Virus record (IMG/VR): IMGVR_UViG_3300022723_000068
Coordinates: 1 to 60,896 of that record
DNA: 60,896 nt
Reading direction: 5' to 3' (one strand)
Origin: a virus
Taxonomy: Duplodnaviria; Caudoviricetes
Shown: positions 29,156 through 37,866 of the stretch, one piece after another
Layout of the letters: the number at the start of each line of letters is the position of its first letter
Numbering within the stretch: the stretch's first letter is position 1
The notes under the pieces: model-generated
Databases searched by the model: none
The model's input: the letters and a program-made list of their open reading frames with translations, nothing else
What the model was told of the DNA's origin: nothing
Program-made: the position numbers and the translations under genes

Positions 29156-30421
29156 TTACAGTTCGACGATCTCGAGACCCTTGATCTCGGAGTCGGCTAC
29201 GAAGTTGCGGGCCTGCGACTTCGTCAGCTTGAGCGCGTGCTCGCGGCGGTTGCAGAACACCGGCAGCAGCCGGCCGGCCTTACAGACGCCTGAATCGATC
29301 GCCGTCAGATAGAAAAACGCGCCCTCGTACTCTTGGGCCACGATGCAGTTCTCCCGCCACAGCTTGATCTGGTGAGCTTCGACGACCACCGAAGGGTGCG
29401 CACGGAGAAACTCACGCATCCTACCGTAGCTCAGAACGGCCGCCTTCTCCTGCTCGTCGGCCCAGACCATATCGTCGAGTTTGTCTGACAACGTGTAGCC
29501 AAGCAGATACTGCTGCTGATCTGAGCGATAGATCCAGTAGCAGTCTTCCGTAGGCCCCGAGCCGATCACCGGCCACGGCCGCACGAACCCGCTGCTCTTC
29601 GGCATGGCGGCGACATACTTGTCGGCGTTTTCTTTCGGCATACGCAGGGCCTTATCTGGGTCTCGGGTCCAGGACGAGCCCGTCCCGCCAACCGTCTTCC
29701 CAAACTGGGCCAGGTACTCATCCGCGTTGTTCTGCACCACGTACTCTCGAGCCGTTGAGTAGGGTTGATTGGGTTCTTCAACCGACTTCTCGCCGGTCTC
29801 GAAAGACGGTGGCAGATCCGGATCTTCCACAAGCTTCTTGATGAGCTCGAGCATCTCTTCGTCTACGCTCGACGCCGCGTCTCCATCGATATCGACCTTC
29901 TGGTAGTAGACCTCTTTCTTCCGCACATGTACCTTCCATGGAAGCCCGTCGCCCTTGTGTTCGCGAGCCAGCCACCAGAGCACCTGCCTCGCGTCCGCCT
30001 CGCTATACCAGAAGGGCTCGACCTGCCAGACATTGCCGAACTCGTCTTCGGTGGGGTGGTGCCAGAGACCGCCGAGCTCGACAGCCTTCTCGACTTCGAG
30101 GTCTGCGTGGTCTTTGAGCCAGAAATAGAGCTCCGCCATCTTGTCCCAGATCTCGTGCGCGATGTGGAGCTCGCCCGACTCGTTGTCGTAGAGCCCGTTG
30201 AGATCGCCGGCGTGCTCGGCCTTCTTGCGGTCCATGTAGTGTCGGAAGCCGGCCTCTGCGTAGCGAGCGCCGCCATCCTCCAGGGTCTGGAAGTTCTTCG
30301 GTGCGTACTTGAAGGCGCCGAACGTCCCCACGAACACGGGGTGTTCGAGCGCCGACATGAAGTCCCCGAGCACGAGGTCGGGTCTCGGCTTGTTGCTGTC
30401 GTATTTGATGCCGTTACTCAT
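29156..30421 (-). CDS. DUF5664 (dATP/dGTP diphosphohydrolase-like) domain fused to repeated small domains
   Basis: GIKYDSNKPRPDL, FGAFKY..N, RH and DNESGELHIAH motifs. Confidence 0.75.
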   Translation of the reverse strand: MSNGIKYDSNKPRPDLVLGDFMSALEHPVFVGTFGAFKYAPKNFQTLEDGGARYAEAGFRHYMDRKKAEHAGDLNGLYDNESGELHIAHEIWDKMAELYFWLKDHADLEVEKAVELGGLWHHPTEDEFGNVWQVEPFWYSEADARQVLWWLAREHKGDGLPWKVHVRKKEVYYQKVDIDGDAASSVDEEMLELIKKLVEDPDLPPSFETGEKSVEEPNQPYSTAREYVVQNNADEYLAQFGKTVGGTGSSWTRDPDKALRMPKENADKYVAAMPKSSGFVRPWPVIGSGPTEDCYWIYRSDQQQYLLGYTLSDKLDDMVWADEQEKAAVLSYGRMREFLRAHPSVVVEAHQIKLWRENCIVAQEYEGAFFYLTAIDSGVCKAGRLLPVFCNRREHALKLTKSQARNFVADSEIKGLEIVEL

Positions 30422-30629
30422 CTTGATTCACTCCTCTTGCGTGATCCAGCGCCTGCATCAGTAGGAACGCAGCCTCGGCCCTGGACATGTGGCTTGAACG
30501 TACCACCAGTTCTCCGTGCTCGTAGCCGACGACGACTACGTCGGAGAGCTCGAAGTTCTGGGCGTCCGCCAGAGCCATCTCGGGCGTAAGATCGGTGCTC
30601 CCTGTGTACAGGTGCGTTACTTTAGACAA
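30414..30629 (-). CDS. Hypothetical protein
   Basis: 71 aa, overlapping the next gene in operon style. Confidence 0.55.
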   Translation of the reverse strand: MSKVTHLYTGSTDLTPEMALADAQNFELSDVVVVGYEHGELVVRSSHMSRAEAAFLLMQALDHARGVNQDE

Positions 30630-30675
30630 TCATATTCTCTGTTTCTAGAACTGGCGGGGCGCGGGGCCTCGCCTG

Positions 30676-30975
30676 TCAATTGTTAATCTTAGCACGAAGT
30701 CGCCCGATACCACAGGTGCAGGGGTGGCTCGCGCCCATCGTCCTGTCACAGGATGTTAGATGGTCGTCCTCGGGCGCGTTGTCTAAGAACCTGCGGACCT
30801 GGCTCAAACACGCCGCCATGTGCAACAAGCTCCGCAAGTCCAAGATTCTGTTGATCGCCGCCGACACGACCATGATAGTGAGCCCGCCGCCGACGGTCAC
30901 CGTCACGAACAGAGCGGCCATGGCGCCTGTGAACTGCAGCGCCCAGCTTATAATCTCCATCTGTATCCTCCTCAA
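30676..30975 (-). CDS. Hypothetical membrane protein with H-x3-C..CTCG metal motif
   Basis: N-terminal hydrophobic helix. Confidence 0.5.
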   Translation of the reverse strand: MRRIQMEIISWALQFTGAMAALFVTVTVGGGLTIMVVSAAINRILDLRSLLHMAACLSQVRRFLDNAPEDDHLTSCDRTMGASHPCTCGIGRLRAKINN

Positions 30976-31193
30976 TCTACGCCGACCGCCAGGGCCGACA
31001 CGGTTACGTTCAGTGCGCGGGCGATCTTGACCAGTCGAAACATCGTCGTGCAGCCTCGGCCCGTCTCTATGTAGGAGATCTGTCTGTTCAACATGTTGAC
31101 CTCCGCCGCTAGCTGGCGCTGGGTCATCCCCGCTTTCTTGCGCCAGTATCTGATGTTCTGGCCGACCTTGTCGGCGATCTCTTGGTCAGCCAC
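30972..31193 (-). CDS. XRE/Cro-CI family HTH regulator
   Basis: IRYWRKKAGMTQRQLA..ISYIETG..IARALNV. Confidence 0.85.
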   Translation of the reverse strand: MADQEIADKVGQNIRYWRKKAGMTQRQLAAEVNMLNRQISYIETGRGCTTMFRLVKIARALNVTVSALAVGVD

Positions 31194-31620
31194 CCCAGCT
31201 CTCCGGCAAGATGCAGACCCCGTCGAGGTGGTCGATCTCGTGCTGCAGGCAGGCCCCCAGAAGATCTCGAGCTCGTCTTATCTTCACTGGTCGCCAGTTG
31301 AGATCGAAGCCCTCGACCGTGACGATCTTGTGGCGCTCTACTACGACTATCTCGCCCGGGAAGGAGAGGCACCCCTCTCTGGACCTGTATATCTGAGAGC
31401 TCCTCTTGGTGATTACGGGGTTGATGATGGCGAACGACCAGCCCAGTTGCTCGCGGCCGCCTACGATGAGCCTTAAGGATTCTCCGACCTGGGGAGCGGC
31501 GAGACCTACGCCGTTCTCGGCCTGCATGGTCTCGAGCATACCGGTCGCCAGCCAGTAGAGATCCTCGCCGCGCTCTACGGGCTCGGCGGATCGGTACAGG
31601 ACGTCGCGCTTGAGTTTCAC
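31186..31620 (-). CDS. def: Peptide deformylase (short form)
   Basis: All three motifs present: GVGLAAPQVG, EGCLS, QHEIDHLDG. Confidence 0.95.
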   Translation of the reverse strand: MKLKRDVLYRSAEPVERGEDLYWLATGMLETMQAENGVGLAAPQVGESLRLIVGGREQLGWSFAIINPVITKRSSQIYRSREGCLSFPGEIVVVERHKIVTVEGFDLNWRPVKIRRARDLLGACLQHEIDHLDGVCILPESWGG

Positions 31621-31668
31621 CCTCTTCTCCTCATAAGGTTCTTGAGTCTCGCGTAGTGGTCGCGTTTC

Positions 31669-32073
31669 TCATTCATGGTGGTAGTCCCCGTACAAACAGT
31701 GCAGAACTTCGTGCCCGATTGTGTCCGACCATACGTCGTCGACCAGTCGAGGCCCGGCGGTAGTGATTGTGCAGACGACTCGCCCGTTCTCGTCCGGCGG
31801 CTCGACCCACGCCCAGCCCCACTCGTCGCCGAGCTCCTCGATCGGCACGAACTCGAACTGGACCACGACCTTCTTTGCTACGAACTCAGGCTCGACCCAC
31901 TGGTCTAGGGACTCGACAACGACCCCGCACTCACTCCGCCCGCAGACGACTCCGGCTCTCATTCTGCCGTCCTCGATGTCGCGAATCTGCGTCAGCTGCA
32001 CCACGACGATGAACAACATGGCCAGCACCAGGGTCGCGGCGGCTAAGTAGCCTAGTGCACGCGAAGTAGTCAT
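31669..32073 (-). CDS. Membrane-anchored HExxH zinc-metallopeptidase-like protein
   Basis: N-terminal TM helix; TIGHEVLHCLYGDYH. Confidence 0.65.
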   Translation of the reverse strand: MTTSRALGYLAAATLVLAMLFIVVVQLTQIRDIEDGRMRAGVVCGRSECGVVVESLDQWVEPEFVAKKVVVQFEFVPIEELGDEWGWAWVEPPDENGRVVCTITTAGPRLVDDVWSDTIGHEVLHCLYGDYHHE

Positions 32074-32279
32074 GAGAATCTCCTCCCTATATACTTGATG
32101 TCGAATCGGCCAGCGCGATGCGCTTCTATTGTTGGTCAGTCATTTCAGCGACTCCACAATTTCCTTGATGTGGCGTTTGTGGGCTGCGTTGCATTTTGGG
32201 CATCCTTTAGGGCGCTCCCATGAGAGCCACCGATACCCACAAACTACGCATGTCCAATAGTAAGTACTGTGATTGCGAA

Positions 32280-32585
32280 TCATTTCAGCGACTCCACGAA
32301 AGCGACGATGATGGCGCGGGGCAGGGACTTCGGCTTTACCATGTTGCTCCAGTTTCCTTGCGGATCTGCAAGTCTCCACGCCTCACGACGATCCCGGCAT
32401 CCGTCTAGCATCCGCTCAAGACACGCCCCGGCTACTCGCCAGTCACGACAAAAACGCTTTGCCGAGATAGGAATAAAGGGGTCTTGCGGTGGTAAGTAGT
32501 AGGGGAACTTAACAGTTCCGGCAAGCTCACCTATCCCCGCCTCAACCAGCGCATCGCATAGCTGTTCGTCTGTGTAGTTAGTCAT
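32280..32585 (-). CDS. Hypothetical protein
   Basis: 101 aa in the ATGA-coupled small-gene array. Confidence 0.55.
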   Translation of the reverse strand: MTNYTDEQLCDALVEAGIGELAGTVKFPYYLPPQDPFIPISAKRFCRDWRVAGACLERMLDGCRDRREAWRLADPQGNWSNMVKPKSLPRAIIVAFVESLK

Positions 32586-32784
32586 CGCTCTGCCCCTCGC
32601 GGGCGGGCTTCCACTTCCAGTCCGGCTGCCATTCCCACTCGACCAACGGGTCCGATTCGCCTATGAACCATGCCTCAAGGTCGCTATCTTCTACCGCCCT
32701 GATCTCGCATGGCTCGACACGCTCACCTTGGCGCCACCAGTAGTAACCGGGTTCGGTTGGTTTCTCCGCGCTCCAATCAGTCAT
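32578..32784 (-). CDS. Hypothetical Trp-rich protein
   Basis: WS.EKPTEPGYYWW motif seen in phage small proteins. Confidence 0.6.
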   Translation of the reverse strand: MTDWSAEKPTEPGYYWWRQGERVEPCEIRAVEDSDLEAWFIGESDPLVEWEWQPDWKWKPAREGQSDD

Positions 32785-33653
32785 TCGCCCTGCTCACCTT
32801 GAACAGTGAACTGACCAAGTTGCTCAAACGATACCCGGAAACCGGAAGCGTGCTTATGCCCGCCACCGCCGTACTGCTTTGCAATTTCTCCCACGTCAGC
32901 ACCATTATCTCGGCTGCGCAGGCTGAATACCCGCCCTTCTGGCGTATCCCAGTAGCACCCGGCAAACGGGTACTCATCGCCGCAGAGAAGGTGCCCGGCG
33001 TCGCTAGTGAGGGTATACGGAAGGTTCGCCATCGGGACGACGTGGCCCGCGATATTCATGGGCCGAGTAACGACACTGACCAGCTCGGCAATGTCCTTAT
33101 GGTGTTTCCGCTCGATGGCGGAGCCTTCCAACATTAATTCGCTCAATTCCGTGGCATACATTAGCCGTGTCCATACCTCGAAGTCGTAGGGATAGCTGAA
33201 TACCGCAGCCTGAATCTCTCGCGTGTGCGGCAGTTTGAAGCGCCATAGGTCGCGATCCTCGATATGATCGATCAACGGCGGTCGGGCAACGTTGTGGAAA
33301 AAGTCCCACGCAATACCGGCACCGCTGCGCTCCATGTCGAATACGGCGGCGAACGTCAATCCGCTTTCCAGCCAGTCCTCATATGACTCACCAGCCGACG
33401 GTAACCACTCTAGGTCCTCGGCGGCGGTTTTGTGGTGGTCCAGCACTAGCACGGACTTCGCCGTACCTACCATTTCTTCCAGAACTGGCCGCTTGTAGCT
33501 GAAATCAACCAAGATCACGTCCCGGTCGGCTGTGTCGGGCGGCTGGTCCTGATGCACGCCGGCATGGAACTCAATATCGCCAAGCGATTCGCGAACCGCC
33601 CACGCCGCGCCGAAGCCGTCAGCGCAATTCCCGTGATAGATGCAGATGGGCAT
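32781..33653 (-). CDS. DHH/DHHA1 family phosphoesterase
   Basis: YH..C.DG, VDF, LDHH, DRDLW, SLRS and GGGGH..ASG motifs. Confidence 0.9.
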   Translation of the reverse strand: MPICIYHGNCADGFGAAWAVRESLGDIEFHAGVHQDQPPDTADRDVILVDFSYKRPVLEEMVGTAKSVLVLDHHKTAAEDLEWLPSAGESYEDWLESGLTFAAVFDMERSGAGIAWDFFHNVARPPLIDHIEDRDLWRFKLPHTREIQAAVFSYPYDFEVWTRLMYATELSELMLEGSAIERKHHKDIAELVSVVTRPMNIAGHVVPMANLPYTLTSDAGHLLCGDEYPFAGCYWDTPEGRVFSLRSRDNGADVGEIAKQYGGGGHKHASGFRVSFEQLGQFTVQGEQGE

Positions 33654-33866
33654 AAAATTTCCTCCCGTTTCGATTGGTTAGAGCTGAGCAGCCTACGTGC
33701 AGCATCCACCGGGCCGTCCGGATCGTCACAGTTGTGTTCGCTGTGCTGCGTGTCTTCCAGAAGGTCGCCAAGAGCCTCACGCAGCCGCTCTATCTCGTCG
33801 GCTGCCTTTCGCATGTGATCGCCGCCGCAAATGCGACCCGGAATGCAGGTCCAGTCTTGCCATTTG

Positions 33867-34061
33867 TCAATCATCGTCTGTCCTCTCAGGTCGTAGTATT
33901 TTCAAGGTGTCCTCGCCGGAAAACAGCGGAGTGGTAATCATCCCCTTCCCGCTGCACCCGTGGCACGGGTGTGAAATACGGTTTGGTATTGATGTAGATG
34001 CCGTTGCGAACCGGTCGATCCCCGATCCCTCACAAATCGGGCATTTCTGCCACTCACTCAT
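33867..34061 (-). CDS. Small CxxCxGxG zinc-finger protein
   Basis: CPICEGSG and CHGCSGKG. Confidence 0.6.
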   Translation of the reverse strand: MSEWQKCPICEGSGIDRFATASTSIPNRISHPCHGCSGKGMITTPLFSGEDTLKILRPERTDDD

Positions 34062-34120
34062 CCTTCCTCTCCTGAAAGAACTGCACGCAGGCGCGCAGGG
34101 TGTTCATGGTGCGGTCGGTT

Positions 34121-34375
34121 TCAGTCATCGTCCGTCCTCTTAGAACTGAGTGCTTCGCGGGCGAGCGATACCTCGTCGCGGTGCGCCACCAGTTCGGGGC
34201 ATACACGCTCGCCACGCTCGACGATCCCCTCCAATAGACGCACGAGCCACATGGGTTGCCGACTGAGCGAATCCAGCCGTTTCAGCGCTGCCTGAGCATT
34301 CGCCTTCATGCCAATGCTGGACGCGAGGATCACGTTGCGGCGAAGGTACTCGTTTTCTTCGGTCATGTCAGTCAT
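34121..34375 (-). CDS. Hypothetical protein
   Basis: 84 aa, coupled to its neighbours. Confidence 0.5.
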   Translation of the reverse strand: MTDMTEENEYLRRNVILASSIGMKANAQAALKRLDSLSRQPMWLVRLLEGIVERGERVCPELVAHRDEVSLAREALSSKRTDDD

Positions 34376-34934
34376 TGCCCTGCCTCTCCTGAACAGAAAA
34401 CTCGATTACCCACACCCACGGGTTAGCGTCCCATCCGTAGCCGCGCTTGGCGTTGATGCTGTCCCATAGCATTCGGAACTCGGTGCGATTTCCACCTTGA
34501 AGTATTGGGGTTCCCTCAGAGGCAGCATCGGCCTCGCTAATATCCTGCACCCGCTCCACCCTCACCGACACGACCTCTAGCGTAATCCTGCTGGCCCATC
34601 TGGGCATGTGGATGGATGGCGTCCAACCACAAGGCGCGTCGGGTTCTGTTGCCCTATACACAATATGCCTGTCGCGGCCATCCTTGTAGCCAGCGGAAAA
34701 AACGTAGTGCGTCTCTCGCACCCACAGGCGGTCGCCGGGCTTGCCGTAGGGGCTCTTGTAATCTCGTTCCTCGTCGAAGAACCCGTAGCCGCCTTCGTCC
34801 AGTTCGTGGCATCGGATTGGCGACGGTGCAAACGTTGATGCCTGCGGCTTCATAACTCGCCTTGTCTGCGTCTTCGAACCGTCGAGAATCGATCGGACCA
34901 TTTCGCCGTTGAATAGTATTGGTCGCTCAGTCAT
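34368..34934 (-). CDS. ASCH/PUA-like phage protein
   Basis: ERPILFNGEMV..ILDGSKTQTRR, GDRLWVRE, PSIHMPRWASRI and NPWVWVIEF motifs. Confidence 0.85.
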   Translation of the reverse strand: MTERPILFNGEMVRSILDGSKTQTRRVMKPQASTFAPSPIRCHELDEGGYGFFDEERDYKSPYGKPGDRLWVRETHYVFSAGYKDGRDRHIVYRATEPDAPCGWTPSIHMPRWASRITLEVVSVRVERVQDISEADAASEGTPILQGGNRTEFRMLWDSINAKRGYGWDANPWVWVIEFSVQERQGND

Positions 34935-35148
34935 CGCTCTGCCTCTCCTGGGCGGCGTCCAACAGCAATTGTGAGATACGGTCGATCTCATCTAAAGCGC
35001 ACTGCATTTCGTGGCCGCCTGATACCAAGTTCAGGGCTTCATTGCGGTCAATGTCTTGGTCAGAGGGTAGCTTCCTCACCACCCGAAGCATGTCGCTTGC
35101 CGTTCGCACCGCAGCATTGTGCTGATCCCGCACATCTTCGATGTTCAT
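34927..35148 (-). CDS. Hypothetical protein
   Basis: 73 aa, ATGA-coupled. Confidence 0.5.
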   Translation of the reverse strand: MNIEDVRDQHNAAVRTASDMLRVVRKLPSDQDIDRNEALNLVSGGHEMQCALDEIDRISQLLLDAAQERQSDD

Positions 35149-35259
35149 TTCCGCTGATCCTTGGCAAAATCACGCCACCAGAACGCAACCTGATGGGTCG
35201 CGCCGCAGGCAACGTGATCGCCTTGATGCGTCGGCGGGCGCTTCGGCTTTAGGGTCACT

Positions 35260-36087
35260 TCATCCATCGCTCGCCCGCCCATCGCCGGCAGCGGAAAGCA
35301 GTTCGATAAGTTTGTCGGCCATATGTTTATACGCCGCGCTCCTCGCCGCGCTCTCCGCGCTCCACGCCGCGCTCTCCGCGCTCCTCGCCGCGCTCTCCGC
35401 GCTCCTCGCCGCGCACGCCGCGCTCTCCGCGCTCCTCGCCGCGCTCTCCGCGCTCCACGCCGCGCTCTCCGCGATCCTCGCCGCGCACGCCGCGCTCCTC
35501 GCCGCGCACGCCGCGCTCCTCGCCGCGCTCGCCGCACTCCTCGCCGCACTCTCTGCGCTCCTCGCCGCGCACGCCGCCGACTCACCAATAAACTGGCCAA
35601 GCGTCAATGGGACCAAGACCGCTGCACACTGCGATACAGCGTCTTTGACGAGTTCGTGCTGGAATTCACCGATGCCGCTTTCAGTCAGCAACCAGTGCAG
35701 GAACTGCCAGCCGACTCGCGACAGATCGACGCCCGGTTCGATGGCTGAAAGAAACCGCTCCGGCCACGCCTGCGACTCGCCGTTCGGCAAGCCCTCAAAA
35801 ATGGTGTCTTCGAGCATCGCCAGCATTTGCGGGATGCCTAGCTCTGTTTCGTAGCGAGCATGGTCGTAGACTTCGAGCGTGCAACCGATGGCGCAGCCTT
35901 TGCCGTTTTCCCATCCGATGCCTTTAATCAACTCGTCGGCGGCCCGGTGCGCGGCAACGCGGTCTAAGTACTTCTGCTTGATAGCAGGATCGTTGTGGAA
36001 TGCTCTCAATTTACTGTCCTCCGTCGATACGCGATTCGTTTTTCGACTGTCGTCGTGCGTCAGTAGTCCGAACGCCAAGGTTATCAT
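35260..36087 (-). CDS. Conserved phage protein with SAAxSAE repeats
   Basis: GCAIGC, ELGIP and TIFEGL core with an Ala/Ser repeat C-terminus; start uncertain. Confidence 0.7.
   Translation of the reverse strand: MITLAFGLLTHDDSRKTNRVSTEDSKLRAFHNDPAIKQKYLDRVAAHRAADELIKGIGWENGKGCAIGCTLEVYDHARYETELGIPQMLAMLEDTIFEGLPNGESQAWPERFLSAIEPGVDLSRVGWQFLHWLLTESGIGEFQHELVKDAVSQCAAVLVPLTLGQFIGESAACAARSAESAARSAASAARSAACAARSAACAARIAESAAWSAESAARSAESAACAARSAESAARSAESAAWSAESAARSAAYKHMADKLIELLSAAGDGRASDG
35332..35582. repeat. Tandem 9/12/21-nt GC-rich repeats (CGCCGCGCTCTCCGCGCTCCT-type)
   Basis: Directly visible; encodes SAARSAE/SAAWSAE/SAACAAR. Confidence 0.9.
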
Positions 36088-37277
36088 GATTTGTCTCCTC
36101 TCAGTCTCTCCGCCGTCGATATCAAGGCGTCGATGAACCAGTTCTGCATCTCCCTGGAACAGTCGCGAAGACCGTGATGGAGATGCACGAACTCCTCGAG
36201 AATCGTGCCGGCGACCATCGTCGCACCCATCGTCAGACAGCGCCTACTGATCCAGATCTCGCCGTCGTAGGCCTGTCCGAGCCTGTTGTCGTCGAGCCCG
36301 TCTGTGACGTTGATCTTGTAGGCGCCGACCTCGTAGCCGAGCACGCGAAGAAGACCCAAGGCCTCGTCGATCTTCCGACCTTCGTCTGTCTCAGGCTCGA
36401 TCCGTTCGGGGCGAATATTCTTTCCCTTCTGCTTTGAGTAGAGACGAAACAGGCTCGCGTTGTTTACCGTCTTGAAGTTGACGGTCTCGAGCGCCGCTAA
36501 GAGCGCCTTGCCCGGGGTTACGTCCGCGAAGCTCAGGATGTCCGCCTCGAAGGAGCCTTGGGGAGCCTCCAGGAGCTCCTTGATGAGCTGCTCGTCGTCC
36601 GTCTTCGCTAAGGAGTCGGCGACGAATGCGTTGAACATGTAGGGATACTTAAGCGTTCTGTCCTCCGTCAGATCGAGAGAGTAGGCGACGACGTTGTAGG
36701 TCAGCATCGCGCGCTTCTGCAGATCGAGCACCCTCACGCCGCGGTAGTAGCCGTGCGAGGATTCTTTGAAAGAGATCTCGACCCCGTCGGACAGCCACTT
36801 CGGCGACGACTGGAGCATGATGTTCTCGCGCGTGTTGTAGCACTCGACGAATGGAGCTCCCTGGATCTCGACGATCGTGCGACCAGGGTCGGGCTTCTCG
36901 ACGGGGCCTGAACTGACGAAGCCGCCTTCGTCGACAGCGTTGCACCAGAGCTCGCGGAAGGCCTGCCAGGCGTCCCAGTTCTTGCCGAGTTCGGTGGTGA
37001 AGGCGAGCTCTCGAATCTGGCCGTCTTCAGGCCCCTCCATGTGGATGATTTCGAACTCGTCGACGCGGATCTTGGTGGTCTTGGTGTGGAAGGTGTACTT
37101 CTCCTCCCCGCGGTAGAGCGTGACCTTGCAGCCGAGCCTCAAGGCTACGGCGATCGCGTATTTGAGACCCGTGCCGAAGTATCCGATAGGGCTCTTGGTC
37201 TCCTTCGACGAGGCGCCGAAGGTCGTCACACCTCTAAGATCGATCAGACCTTCGTTGCTGAACTGGACGTGTCGCAT
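36084..37277 (-). CDS. GHKL/HATPase-like ATPase with permuted motif order
   Basis: GASSK..IGYFGTGLKYA precedes AFRELWCNAVDE; C-terminal EEFVH. Confidence 0.7.
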   Translation of the reverse strand: MRHVQFSNEGLIDLRGVTTFGASSKETKSPIGYFGTGLKYAIAVALRLGCKVTLYRGEEKYTFHTKTTKIRVDEFEIIHMEGPEDGQIRELAFTTELGKNWDAWQAFRELWCNAVDEGGFVSSGPVEKPDPGRTIVEIQGAPFVECYNTRENIMLQSSPKWLSDGVEISFKESSHGYYRGVRVLDLQKRAMLTYNVVAYSLDLTEDRTLKYPYMFNAFVADSLAKTDDEQLIKELLEAPQGSFEADILSFADVTPGKALLAALETVNFKTVNNASLFRLYSKQKGKNIRPERIEPETDEGRKIDEALGLLRVLGYEVGAYKINVTDGLDDNRLGQAYDGEIWISRRCLTMGATMVAGTILEEFVHLHHGLRDCSREMQNWFIDALISTAERLRGDKS

Positions 37278-37424
37278 ATGTTTCTCCTTTTCTTGTGGGC
37301 GGCATGAGCCACCCGGCCTTGCGCGCCCGACCGTCGGACACGCCGTATATTCTCAACGCACCTTCGACCGGCGCGTCTTCGTGTTTCTGGTGGTCCACCA
37401 CCGTCCTGTCGAACGGGCGACTGC

Positions 37425-37595
37425 TCATCTGCGTTCCCGCCACATCTTGACGGCTGCTCGCGCGGTAATCGGCAGCCAGCCGACGACGACGACCAGGAAT
37501 ATCGGCAGCGAGTCCTTCTCAGGCCGGCTCGCCAACTTGGAGACGAACACGGCCCAGAAGAGCCCGATCAAGAGATAGCCGACGACCCACGTCAC
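37425..37595 (-). CDS. Small two-TM membrane protein
   Basis: GTG start overlaps the upstream stop; two hydrophobic helices. Confidence 0.5.
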   Translation of the reverse strand: MTWVVGYLLIGLFWAVFVSKLASRPEKDSLPIFLVVVVGWLPITARAAVKMWRERR

Positions 37596-37777
37596 CGCAG
37601 CGTCGTCCTTCTGGCGCGCTCGATGTCTCTCGCCATCCGCCACGATCTGTAGGTGTCCAGGTCCACGACGTTGTCGTCGTCTCCCTGAAAGACCTCCAAG
37701 ATCGGCAGCGTCCGCGTCGTGACCGTGTCGCCTTCGAGCACAACGTGCTCGCCCGTCTTGTCGATGTCTCTGTCCAT
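37592..37777 (-). CDS. Hypothetical protein (probably leaderless mRNA)
   Basis: ATG 9 nt after the promoter -10 box; NVVDL motif. Confidence 0.5.
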   Translation of the reverse strand: MDRDIDKTGEHVVLEGDTVTTRTLPILEVFQGDDDNVVDLDTYRSWRMARDIERARRTTLR

Positions 37778-37785
37778 AGTTCTGT

Positions 37786-37814
37786 ATACTAAGCCTTCTT
37801 CGCCCATCTGTAAA
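37786..37814 (-). promoter_or_regulatory. sigma70-type promoter TTTACA-N17-TAGTAT
   Basis: Promoter family member located just after a terminator. Confidence 0.7.
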
Positions 37815-37815
37815 C

Positions 37816-37842
37816 AAAAACGCCCGCTTATAGCGGGCGTTT
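37816..37842 (-). terminator. Intrinsic terminator
   Basis: AAACGCCCGCT-TAT-AGCGGGCGTTT with a U run on the minus strand. Confidence 0.8.
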
Positions 37843-37866
37843 CTGCCGTAAGAACGTGGGTTTTGG

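Noticed and set aside
29156-30421. 2-aminoadenine (Z) or 7-deazaguanine genome
   Set aside because: No PurZ, DpdA or Que-like genes were recognised; DUF5664 alone is insufficient.
35141-35854. Poly-Arg and Ala/Leu ORFs in alternative frames
   Set aside because: By-products of the GC-rich tandem repeat inside 35260-36087.
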